Notes under the pieces: model-generated
What the model saw: the letters and a program-made list of their open reading frames with translations, nothing else
Database searches by the model: none
Told to the model about the DNA's origin: nothing
Part shown: positions 42,190 through 51,545 of the stretch, piece after piece
Numbering within the stretch: the first letter of the stretch is position 1
Layout of the letters: every line of letters starts with the position of its first letter
Origin: an uncultured delta proteobacterium
GTDB lineage: Bacteria > Desulfobacterota > Binatia > UBA9968
Length of the DNA: 64,000 bases
Reading direction: 5' to 3'
Assembly (NCBI GenBank): GCA_963745035.1
Contig: CAVUVW010000014.1
Coordinates: 96,001 to 160,000 of the forward strand
Position numbers and translations under genes: made by a program

Positions 42190-42205
42190 AGCAACCGCCA
42201 TGCCG
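42190..42205 (-). promoter_or_regulatory. Sigma54 promoter
   Basis: Minus strand CGGCATGGCGGTTGCT, ~50 bp upstream of ATG 42141. Confidence 0.65.
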
Positions 42206-42497
42206 TTAATAGGTCGCCAACTCTAGTGCGCGTAAGAACTGAAATTCAAACGATTCGTTTTCATGGCACACACCAAGCAGATCGGAAATACTGTAACCGT
42301 CGTTGTCATTTTGGTAATGGTGCGTATCGGAAAGTTGACTGCTCAGTCAAAACTGCAGCCGTGATGGGACTTACAGACCTCTCGACACCCGCCACGTACA
42401 GCGAACACGGCGTTAGAAAATGCTTGTCTGCGCGGCTTTCAGTTGATCGAGAACTTGCCGGCGCCTTACCTTCTTGTGCGATGTCAGCCTGCTCATG

Positions 42498-42514
42498 AGC
42501 AACCGCCGCGCCAA
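42498..42514 (-). promoter_or_regulatory. Sigma54 promoter
   Basis: Minus strand TTGGCGCGGCGGTTGCT, close to consensus. Confidence 0.7.
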
Positions 42515-42597
42515 ACATTTGGTAATCGTGACCATACACATAACAGCGCTTACTTCTTGCGTTAATCATTGCGTCTTTATCTTAGCAAAACACGCAA

Positions 42598-42650
42598 GGG
42601 TAACTTCTATATTACCCGGACGGCGCTAAGCGGTAACAAAACCGCTACCC
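42598..42650. promoter_or_regulatory. Second pair of GGTAA-N8-TTACC palindromes (putative UAS)
   Basis: GGGTAACTTCTATATTACCC (42598-42617) and CGGTAACAAAACCGCTACCC (42631-42650), 33 bp apart, ~85 bp upstream of the sigma54 site. Confidence 0.6.
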
Positions 42651-43059
42651 GGTTTATTGCTGTCTGAGATAGCGGGATCTACCGCGGGTACATAGGAGAA
42701 AAGATTCGCGGGGTTGGCCAGCGATACTCGTCAGGAACCTGTAACTGGGTGTTCGACGCTGCCATGCCCTTTGCGCGAGCGAGTGTATACCAACTGAAGA
42801 AAGATCCAGAGACTGGCCGATTCTCGACCTTGTCGTCGAACATCGAGCAACGATTGCGCGCAAGGGTGGTGCGAGGTTTTTTGATTCGAACGGAGGCTCT
42901 CTGCCCCGCTTTCGATGGGTATTCGAGCTGACAACTTTCAGGTCCCCTCAGAAACTCAAAGACTCCATCCCGATTCCGAGACTACATTTCCGTAATGCTT
43001 AACGGACGAGGAGTTCTTCATCGTTGCAATACGGCATCAACGAATTTAGTTTGAATGGC

Positions 43060-46000
43060 ATGGCTGTACGACCTAGCCGTTCAACGTCGCTCAAAAAATT
43101 TGACAGGCTCATCCAGTCAAGCGCCTCGCCTCGCTCCGCGAAAAATCACCTTCTGCGGCTCATCGAAGCGAGCACGATCGCCGCGCTCGACAGGATACCG
43201 ACTGCCGAACTGCCGGCCCTGTTCCGATTATTGGGCGGCAGCGCTTTCCTGAGCGATGTGCTCATACGCGAGGGACAGAACTGGCCCGCGCTATTTTTGC
43301 GGCAAACTCGAACGCGACTGAAGTCCGTCGCGGAACACATGAAGGAACTCGACGCCGCTGCAAAAGATGCGGCGTCCTTCGATGAGTTCTGCGCGGCTCT
43401 GCGACGGCACAAGCAGCGGGAGTACCTGCGCATCGGCGCGCGCGATTTGACGCCAGGCGTGGAGGTGGAAGAAACCGTGCGCGAGCTGACGGCGCTTGCC
43501 GAAGCGTCGCTGGAGTCCGCCTACCGTTTCAGTCGAATCGAAGTGGAGAAACTTTATGGCACGCTGCCGCTTCCCGGAGCGAATGAGCCCAACCGCTTCG
43601 TCATCTTTGGCATGGGCAAACTGGGAGGCGGCGAGCTGAATTTCAGCTCCGACGTCGATGTTATTTTTCTTTTTGAGAGCGATGAAGGCGAAAGCTCCGG
43701 CGGCGCCAAAGGGAAAGCATCGCCGCGAGAGTTTTTCTCCGAAGTCGGCAAAAGAATCATCCAGGCCATGGGCAAGGTCACCGAAGACGGCTTTGTCTTT
43801 CGCATCGACCTGAGGCTTCGCCCCCTGGGCGCCAACGGGCCGCTGGTGCAATCGGTCAACTCCGCGATGCTCTATTACGAATCCTGGGGCCAGTGCTGGG
43901 AGCGGGCGGCGTTGATCAAGGCCCGCTCCGTCGCCGGCGCGCGCGATTTGGGCAACGCTTTCCTCAAAGAAGTCGAGCCTTTTGTCTACCGGCGTTATCT
44001 GGATTACACGACCGTCGATGAGCTCCGTCATATGAAAGCGCGCATCGAGAACGAGCTGCTCGGCGTAAATGACAAGGAACGCAACGTCAAGCTCGGCATT
44101 GGCGGCATTCGCGAGATCGAATTTTTCACTCAAGCGCTTCAGTTGGTTAACGGCGGATACGAGCCGAGCTTTGCGAACTCCCAGCCACTTTGCCTGCCTT
44201 GGCCGAGCTCGCGCAGCGCGAATTCATCTCGAAGAAAGAACGCGACTTGCTCACCGAGGCGTATCGTTTCTTGCGGCAAGTCGAGCACAAAGTGCAGATC
44301 GTCCAGGAAGCGCACGCTCATTCGATACCCGCCGGCAAAGAAGAAGAACTGGCGCTTGCGCGCCGGTTGGGATACCGGCGCAAAGGCGGGCGCGGCGAGC
44401 GCGAGCAATTTTGGCGCGACTACCGCCGCCAGACGAAGAACGTGCGCAGCATCTTCGACCGTCTGTTTTACAGCGCGCAAAAGGAAATCGAACACGAGGC
44501 TGCCTCCAGCGCAGGTTCGGTGTGGCACGATCTCGATCGCCAAGAAATCGTCCTGGCGGAGCTGGCGGCGGCCGGCTTTGCCGATCCGGCGAAAGCGTAC
44601 GAACATCTTCTTGCCATACGCGACGGCGAAGTTTACGCGCCGCCGAGCCCACGGCGCTTGAAAGTGATGCGCCTGCTCGGCCCGGCTTTGATGGCCGAGA
44701 TCATCAATTCAAGCGCGCCCGAACGCGCCCTGTTCAATCTTGCCGAATTCAGCCACCGCATCGGCGGACGCACCGGATTTCTCACTTTGCTCGCCGAGAA
44801 CCCCGAAACCATGCGCCTGCTGATCACGCTCTTCGCCGAGAGCCAGTTTCTCACCGACCTGTTTCTCAACCGGCCCGAGCTGATCGATACTTTGATTCGC
44901 GTCGATCTCACGCGCGTCGAAAAAACCCGGGCGGAGATGCTCGCCGAGCTGCGCGCGGCGCTCGCCGAGCACGACGACGTGGAGGCCAAGCTCAACGCGC
45001 TCCGCCGGTACAAAACCGAAGAGTTCATCCGCATCGGCTTGCATGATCTCGGCGGCGAGCTGGAGCTCGTGCAGGTGCTGACGCAACTATCCAAGCTCGC
45101 CGATGCCTGCCTGCAGGCAGCGGTCGATTTGACGTTGGCCGAATTAGAGCAAAAGCACGGCGCGGTTCCGGATGGTCAGTTCGTTGTGGTGGGCGGCGGG
45201 AAGCTCGGCGGCCGCGAGCTGGATTACAATTCCGATCTCGACTTGATTTTCGTCTACAAAGCCTCAGGCGAGGAGAAGAGCGCGGGCGGATTCCCGGCGC
45301 ATGAGTACTACGTTCGCGCCGGCCAGAAACTGCTCACCTATCTCAGTGCGCCGACAGAGGAGGGGATCGCCTATAAAGTTGACATGCAGCTGCGCCCATC
45401 GGGCAAGGCCGGACCGCTGGTCTCGTCCCTCGACGCCTTTCGCGACTATCACAAAACCAGCTCGCAGCTCTGGGAGCGTCAGGCGCTGATCAAGACGCGC
45501 TTTGTCGCCGGCGATCCGTCCCTCGGCAGGGAAGTGGAAAGAATTACCGGCGCGTTTGCCTACGGCAGGACTCTTCGGCCCGAGGAGATCGGCGAGATTC
45601 ATCATCTGCGCATGCGCATGGAGCGCGAGCTCGCCGGCGAGGACGAGAGCCGGTTCAATCTCAAGAAAGGACGGGGCGGTCTGGTCGACATCGAATTTCT
45701 CACCCAGATGCTGCAGCTCACCCACGGCCACGATTCCGCCAAGCTGCGCCGGCGCGAAACCCTCGAAGCGCTGCGGATGCTTCACGAGGAGAAAATTTTG
45801 CGGCGCGACGAATACAAGCTTTTGTCCGAAGGATATCTCTTTCTGCGCCGCCTCGATCACCGCCTGCGCCTCGAGCGTGACCAATCCATCGATGCGTTCG
45901 AAGCCGAGCCGGCGCGGCTGCAAAGCATCGCCCGGGCGCTCGGCTACAACGACGGGGCCGGACGAAGCCGAAAAGACAATCCAAGACCTGGCCTAAAGCT

Positions 46001-46094
46001 GCTCCGCGACTATCAGAACAATCGCGAGCAGATCCGCGCCTGCTATGAGCGCTACTTCCTGGCCGCCACCGAGACGTCAGAGACAAAACTCTAG
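43060..46094 (+). CDS. glnE: Bifunctional glutamine synthetase adenylyltransferase/deadenylylase (frameshift near 44180)
   Basis: Two nucleotidyltransferase domains: GMGKLGGGELNFSSDVD / GGGKLGGRELDYNSDLD; RIDLRLRP, WERAALIKAR, KLGIGGIREIEF, KKGRGGLVDIEF. Confidence 0.95.
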
Positions 46095-46468
46095 GCGCTC
46101 TTCGAAGGTTTCCCGCCGCGATGTGAGAGCCTCGGGAGATATCTCGCCGCGAGAGATTCTGAAACCAGCCTGGTTTGTATCGCACCTCTCTAACGGCGTT
46201 ATTTTTTGATAGCGCGGCTGGGAGTATGATTCTCTCCCCCCGCTCAAAACAGTGCTGTGGCCTGACGCAGGACCTCATTGGTCGGTCCTATCCCAATTAT
46301 GATAATTTTTCACCCAGCTGGAGGGGGTCTGACCGGGTTCAATCTTTGGTGGTACGCGAAACTCCGTCGAGCGCCGGCTCGGCGCGCCACCCAGGTTTCC
46401 AATCGTTCCGGTAGATTTTTAAAATAAGTTTATTGACAGTAGCACGACTTCTAAGCTATGGTCGCGGC

Positions 46469-46873
46469 ATGAAAACACAATTGCTAAGGGGCATTGCCCT
46501 GGCTTCATTGGTAACCGTACTGGCAGCTCCGGTTTACGGACAAACGGCAGATTCGGCTCAAGAAGTCGCCGAGCCGTCCGTGACCGAAGAAGCCGGCTGG
46601 GGTGTGGGAGCGGCTCTGGCAAGCGTCTTTTATATCCCGGTGAAAGTTACCTATGCGGGATTGGGCTTGCTCACCGGCGGACTGGGTTGGGTGTTCAGCG
46701 GCGGTAGAGCGGATGTTGCCAACAACATCATCTACCCTGCGGTCGGCGGCCACTACGTCGTAACGCCAAGTCAACTCAAGGGGACCGAGCCGATCTATTT
46801 CGTCGGCGCTCCGCCGCCCGAGATCGAACCGCGGGCCGATGCTGCTTCTTCGGCTACAACGGCGACTCGCTAG
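46469..46873 (+). CDS. Hypothetical exported/membrane protein
   Basis: Signal peptide plus hydrophobic YIPVKVTYAGLG segment; TTGACA-N18-TATGGT promoter-like motif just upstream. Confidence 0.65.
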   Translation: MKTQLLRGIALASLVTVLAAPVYGQTADSAQEVAEPSVTEEAGWGVGAALASVFYIPVKVTYAGLGLLTGGLGWVFSGGRADVANNIIYPAVGGHYVVTPSQLKGTEPIYFVGAPPPEIEPRADAASSATTATR

Positions 46874-47642
46874 CGCCGAAGCAAACTCCCCGTCTCGAAG
46901 CTTTGATAAAATCCAGTAGGGCCGACACGTCCGGGTTGGCCCTGCCGGATTTTTCTATTTCCTTCACCGCCAACGCGAGATTCCGTCCTTTCCGAAACAA
47001 CACGCGGAAGGCGTCGCGGATCGCGCGAATTCTTTTCTCGTCGAAGCCGGCGCGCTTGAGGCCGATGACGTTGACGCCGCGCACCGTGTGCTGCCAGTCG
47101 ATCAGCGCATAGGGCGGCACGTCGCGGCTCGTGCCGCTCAGCCCGCGCATCAGCGCGTAGTCGCCGATCCGCACGAACTGATGGACCACGCAATTGCCGG
47201 AAATAAAGGCGTTGTTGCCGACCTCCACGTAGCCGGCGAGCAAAGCGCCGTTGGCCAGGACGACGTTGTTGCCCAGCCGGCAATTGTGGCCGACGTGGGA
47301 ATTCGCCATGAGAAAGTTGTCATCGCCGATGACCGTCGCCGAGTCGGCGGCGGTGCCGCGGTGAATTTGCACATGCTCGCGAATGATATTGCGTTGACCG
47401 ATCCGAAGATAGGTTTCCTGCCCGCCGTACGCTTTGTCCTGCGGCGCGCCGCCGAGCGCGGCGCCGGGGTGGATCTCGTTGTCCTCGCCGATTTCAGTCC
47501 AGCCGGTAAGATACGCGTGCGCCATGACGCGCGTGCCGCGGCCGATCCGCACGCGCCCCTCGATCACCACGTAGGCGCCGATTTCAACGTCGGCGGCGAT
47601 CTCGGCCTGCGAATCGATAACTGCGGTCGGGTGAATGGACAT
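46854..47642 (-). CDS. lpxA: UDP-N-acetylglucosamine acyltransferase
   Basis: IHPTAVID, hexapeptide repeats, PQD, IREHVQIHRGT, MANSHVGHNC, VHQFVRIG, DVPPY, GVNVIGLKRAGF. Confidence 0.92.
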   Translation of the reverse strand: MSIHPTAVIDSQAEIAADVEIGAYVVIEGRVRIGRGTRVMAHAYLTGWTEIGEDNEIHPGAALGGAPQDKAYGGQETYLRIGQRNIIREHVQIHRGTAADSATVIGDDNFLMANSHVGHNCRLGNNVVLANGALLAGYVEVGNNAFISGNCVVHQFVRIGDYALMRGLSGTSRDVPPYALIDWQHTVRGVNVIGLKRAGFDEKRIRAIRDAFRVLFRKGRNLALAVKEIEKSGRANPDVSALLDFIKASRRGVCFGASESPL

Positions 47643-47657
47643 TAGAACGAGCCGGCT

Positions 47658-47855
47658 TTAGCTGAGGGGTTTCTTGTTTTCCTGGTCTTCATCGCCGGGA
47701 TCGAAGTCCGTTTCCTCCGCGGGAATGCGATAGCGCTCCTGCGTCCAGGCGCCGAGATCGATCAACCGGCAGCGCTCCGAGCAGAACGGCCGGTGCGGAT
47801 TGTTTTCCCACGCCGCTTCCTTGCGGCACGTCGGACATTTCACCTTGGCCGGCAT
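47658..47855 (-). CDS. yacG: DNA gyrase inhibitor YacG
   Basis: CPTC...[16 protein letters not shown]...YRIP. Confidence 0.93.
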   Translation of the reverse strand: MPAKVKCPTCRKEAAWENNPHRPFCSERCRLIDLGAWTQERYRIPAEETDFDPGDEDQENKKPLS

Positions 47856-48202
47856 GAATCTCTCCATCGCTTCGCGCCCGTTCGCGCCATTCCGCAGCCC
47901 ACGCTTTCTGGCTTACCTATTTTCTTTTTTCTTCTCAAGCAAAGGAGATTGTGGTTAACGGGACGCCAAAGCTCATGATCGACCGCAAACGCTTAACATC
48001 CCCCAATACGATTCTTCATCTTCGACCCTCTTCACCGATTTGCACTCCCGGAAGATTCAACTATATTCGTCGGCAATGCGAGCAAAACTCGCGGCTGCTC
48101 AGGCGACCGAGCTGGACAGAACCTCTCGCACTTACAACTCAAATGACAGGGACAATGCTCCGCAACAATTTAAGGCAAGCCGAAAGGAACGTTTACGAGA
48201 AA

Positions 48203-49162
48203 ATGATCCACACTGCCGTTTTGCTTCTTTTCGTCCTCCTGTTTCAAGCTTGGCCCGCCACGGCGCAAGTCGAATTTCCCATCGGCTATGTGTCGCGCGG
48301 CGGCAGCTATGCCTTTATCAGCCTGATCGAGCAGCACAAGTTATTGGAACAGGAGGGCATCAAGCCCACCTTTGTCTACATCGGCGGGCCGCAGGTGTCG
48401 CAGGCGCTCATTTCCGGCGATATTCGCATGGCAATCGTCGCCGCCGCCAGTCCGATCCGCGCCGCGGCGCATGGCGCCGACCTGCGCTTTGTCGGCGGCG
48501 TGACCGATAAGGAGGTGGCGGCGTTTGTTGCCGAGCCGCACATCAAGTCGCCCGCCGACCTCAAAGGTACGCGGTTGGCGATCGACCGGCTCGGCGACTA
48601 TAGCGACTTTCGCGCGCGAAAAGTGTTGGAAATGTTCGGCCTGCAGGCGCAGAAAGACGTGATGCTGCTCCAGATCGGCGCCCAGACCGCGCGGTTCGCG
48701 GCACTGAAGAACGGGCATGTGCAATCGACGTTTGTCGTACCGCCGCTGACTCTGGTGGCGCGCAAGTCCGGCTTGCGCGAGCTCGCGGATCTCGGCGAAC
48801 TCGGCTTTCCCTCGTCCTCCGGCGCATTCGTAGTCATGCAGTCGACCATCGACAGAAATTCCAAAGAAATTTACGGCGTCCTGCGCGCCTTTACCAGAGC
48901 GATCAGGCTTTACAAGAACGACAAAGAGCAGGCGCTCGGCGCGATCGCCCGGTTCATGCGCATCAACGATCGCGAGGCATTGGAGGAAACTTGGCGGATG
49001 AATGCCAAAGTGCTCAAAGACATCCCCTCTCCGCCGCTCGCCGGCATTCGGGTGGTGCGGGATTTCCTGGCGCAGACCGAACCGGAAGTCAAAAAAATGA
49101 ATCTCGAATCGTTCATCACCAGCCAGTTTACCGATCGACTGCAAAAAGAGGGCGTCAAGTAA
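48203..49162 (+). CDS. ABC substrate-binding protein, NMT1/SsuA/TauA-like
   Basis: Signal peptide, QALISGD, IKSPADLKG, RFAALKNG. Confidence 0.8.
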   Translation: MIHTAVLLLFVLLFQAWPATAQVEFPIGYVSRGGSYAFISLIEQHKLLEQEGIKPTFVYIGGPQVSQALISGDIRMAIVAAASPIRAAAHGADLRFVGGVTDKEVAAFVAEPHIKSPADLKGTRLAIDRLGDYSDFRARKVLEMFGLQAQKDVMLLQIGAQTARFAALKNGHVQSTFVVPPLTLVARKSGLRELADLGELGFPSSSGAFVVMQSTIDRNSKEIYGVLRAFTRAIRLYKNDKEQALGAIARFMRINDREALEETWRMNAKVLKDIPSPPLAGIRVVRDFLAQTEPEVKKMNLESFITSQFTDRLQKEGVK

Positions 49163-49329
49163 CGAACGCTTCTTTGCAGTCGCGGAATTTTACTCTATAG
49201 TCGGCTCTGCTGCCCAGCCCACGGCACCTGCGGTTTCGTTTCGTTTGCGATGAGTCCACGCGGCGCGGACGCCTGAGAAGTTTTTGGGGCCGTGCGCCGC
49301 ATACACAGTTCGTTGGAGGCAAGAAAATT

Positions 49330-50175
49330 ATGATGGCCTATCCCTACGACGATGCGCGAATCATTCTCGCGCTGCAGATCGATCATTCACGCGTGGCGGG
49401 TTATTTTGCCGCCCATTGGGGGAACAAGGAATTCGACCGTCCCTCTCCCTACTCTTCCGTCGTCCTGGCAGCCACGGAACATGATATCGGCTGGTGGGAA
49501 TGGGAAATGAAGCCTTCGACGTTGAACGAGAAGGGATTCCCTCTGGATTATCACGACGGCAGTTTCAAATATCTCGGACAACTGCGGCTCGACTTTTATA
49601 AAAATTCCGTCGATCGCGTTTTAGGCCGTGATCCTTACGCCGCCATGTTGATGGCGATGCATGGAGTAGCGTTGATGAACTCCGGCTACGGGAAATATAG
49701 CTACCCGCCCGATCGCACCGGCGATCCGCGCGTCAAGGCCTACGTCGATCATCAGGAAGACCTGCGCTTGAAGTTGCTCGATCAGTTGCGCCAGTCGGCG
49801 GAGTTTAGACAGCATTGCTCCGACGAACAGGTTTGGCTCAACTACGAGTACCTGGAGGTTTTCGATCAACTGGCGCAATTCGTTTGCAACCGCTATCCGC
49901 TGAACAGCAAAGCGCGCAAACTCGGCCCGACCAATTCGTTGAACGACGTCGATGTGCCGACCAAGCACGGCAAGCCTGCGGTAAAACTCCACGTCGACAC
50001 GGTGGGCGAAAACAAGGCGGTCATTCGCCCCTACCCGTTTGACATCGATCCGCTGCCAGTTTCTTTCGCCGCCCGCCTGGTGCCGAACCGCGTCTATAAA
50101 GACGGCGAAGATTTTCTCGGCGAGTTCTACCGCGCCGAACACGTCCCGATCAAACACACCCTGACATCGGCCTAG
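49330..50175 (+). CDS. DUF3891 family protein
   Basis: QIDHSRVAGYFAAHWGN, EHDIGW, DPYAAML..MH, PYPF. Confidence 0.75.
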   Translation: MMAYPYDDARIILALQIDHSRVAGYFAAHWGNKEFDRPSPYSSVVLAATEHDIGWWEWEMKPSTLNEKGFPLDYHDGSFKYLGQLRLDFYKNSVDRVLGRDPYAAMLMAMHGVALMNSGYGKYSYPPDRTGDPRVKAYVDHQEDLRLKLLDQLRQSAEFRQHCSDEQVWLNYEYLEVFDQLAQFVCNRYPLNSKARKLGPTNSLNDVDVPTKHGKPAVKLHVDTVGENKAVIRPYPFDIDPLPVSFAARLVPNRVYKDGEDFLGEFYRAEHVPIKHTLTSA

Positions 50176-50179
50176 CAGA

Positions 50180-51055
50180 ATGAAACCCGCGAGCTTCACG
50201 TACCACGATCCGACGACCATCGAGGATGCGTTGCACTTGATGGCAGAGTTCGGGGATCAAGCTCGCCCCTTGGCAGGCGGGCAGAGTCTTGTGCCGTTGA
50301 TGAATTTTCGGCTGCTTCGCCCAGCCCACCTGATCGATCTCAACGGCATCGACGCGCTGCGTTTTATCGAAGCCGACAAGGATGTATTACGCATCGGCGC
50401 GATGACGCGCCAGCGCGAGGTGGAGCGCTCGGATGCCGTTGCGCGTTTCTGCCCGTTGCTCTGTGAGGCCACGGCGTTGATCGGGCATGTTCAAATCCGC
50501 AGTCGCGGCACCATCGGCGGCAGCGTGGCCCACGCCTTTCCGTCGGCGGAATTGCCCGTCGCGATGGCGGCGCTCGATGCGTCTTTCGTCTTGCGCTCGA
50601 CGAGCGCGCGACGCATCGTCCGCGCCGGCGATTTTTTTCTCTCGTACATGACGACCGTACTCGATCCCGGCGAGATTCTTGCCGAGATCCAGATTCCAGC
50701 GCTGCCGGGGAACGCCGGCTGTTCCTATCAGGAAGTCAGCCGCCGCCACGGCGATTTCGCCTTGGCCGGCGCTGCCGGAGTGCTCGCCTTGGACGCGAGC
50801 GGAACGATCTGTCATGCCCGTCTAACGCTTACCGGAACGACGCCGATTCGCGCGGAAGCAGCGGAAAACGCTCTTCTCGGCGAGAGGCCTTCCGACGCGC
50901 TGTTCCGCGACGCCGCCCGACGGGCGACCGAGAATCTGGAACAGGACTCGGACATTCACGCCACCGCGGAATACCGCCGGAGCGCCTGCGCGGCGCTCAC
51001 CTATCGCGCGCTCGCTCAAGCGGCGCACTGCGCCGCCGAACAGAAACTACAGTGA
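50180..51055 (+). CDS. Xanthine dehydrogenase/CoxM-family FAD-binding subunit
   Basis: MKPASFTYH, LAGGQSLVP, IGHVQIRSRGTIGGS, RRHGDFA. Confidence 0.92.
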   Translation: MKPASFTYHDPTTIEDALHLMAEFGDQARPLAGGQSLVPLMNFRLLRPAHLIDLNGIDALRFIEADKDVLRIGAMTRQREVERSDAVARFCPLLCEATALIGHVQIRSRGTIGGSVAHAFPSAELPVAMAALDASFVLRSTSARRIVRAGDFFLSYMTTVLDPGEILAEIQIPALPGNAGCSYQEVSRRHGDFALAGAAGVLALDASGTICHARLTLTGTTPIRAEAAENALLGERPSDALFRDAARRATENLEQDSDIHATAEYRRSACAALTYRALAQAAHCAAEQKLQ

Positions 51056-51058
51056 CGC

Positions 51059-51541
51059 ATGAATACCCGAAAAATACAGCTTACCGTCAATGGAGGCGAA
51101 TACGTCGGTGAACTCGAAGCTCGCAAACTGTTGACCGATTTTTTGCGCGACGATCTTGGACTGACCGGAACCCACGTCGGCTGCGAACACGGCGTCTGCG
51201 GCGCTTGCACGATTTTGTTGGACGGCGAGCCGGTGCGTTCTTGTTTGCTGTTCGCGGTACAGGCCAACGGCGCCGACTTGAAAACCATTGAAGGTCTGGC
51301 GCCCAGCGCCACCGAGCTGCATCCGCTACAAGAAAATTTCTGGGCGATGCACGGTCTGCAGTGTGGCTTCTGCACGCCGGGCATTTTGCTGACTGCGGAA
51401 GCGTTATTGAAAGAGATCCCAAACCCGACGGAAACAGAAATTCGCGAATGGCTTAGCGGCAACTTGTGCAGGTGCACCGGCTATCAGAACATCGTCGCGG
51501 CGATCCAGGAGACAGCCAGGGCGCGGGCAAAAGCACAGTAG
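51059..51541 (+). CDS. CoxS-family 2Fe-2S subunit
   Basis: GCEHGVCGACT, QCGFCTPG, NLCRCTGY. Confidence 0.95.
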   Translation: MNTRKIQLTVNGGEYVGELEARKLLTDFLRDDLGLTGTHVGCEHGVCGACTILLDGEPVRSCLLFAVQANGADLKTIEGLAPSATELHPLQENFWAMHGLQCGFCTPGILLTAEALLKEIPNPTETEIREWLSGNLCRCTGYQNIVAAIQETARARAKAQ

Positions 51542-51545
51542 AATC

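Noticed and set aside
29927-42650. GGTAA-N8-TTACC pairs as recombination sites bounding a 12.7-kb element
   Set aside because: The spacers differ between sites and both pairs sit at enhancer distance from sigma54 promoters, so a regulatory role is more parsimonious.
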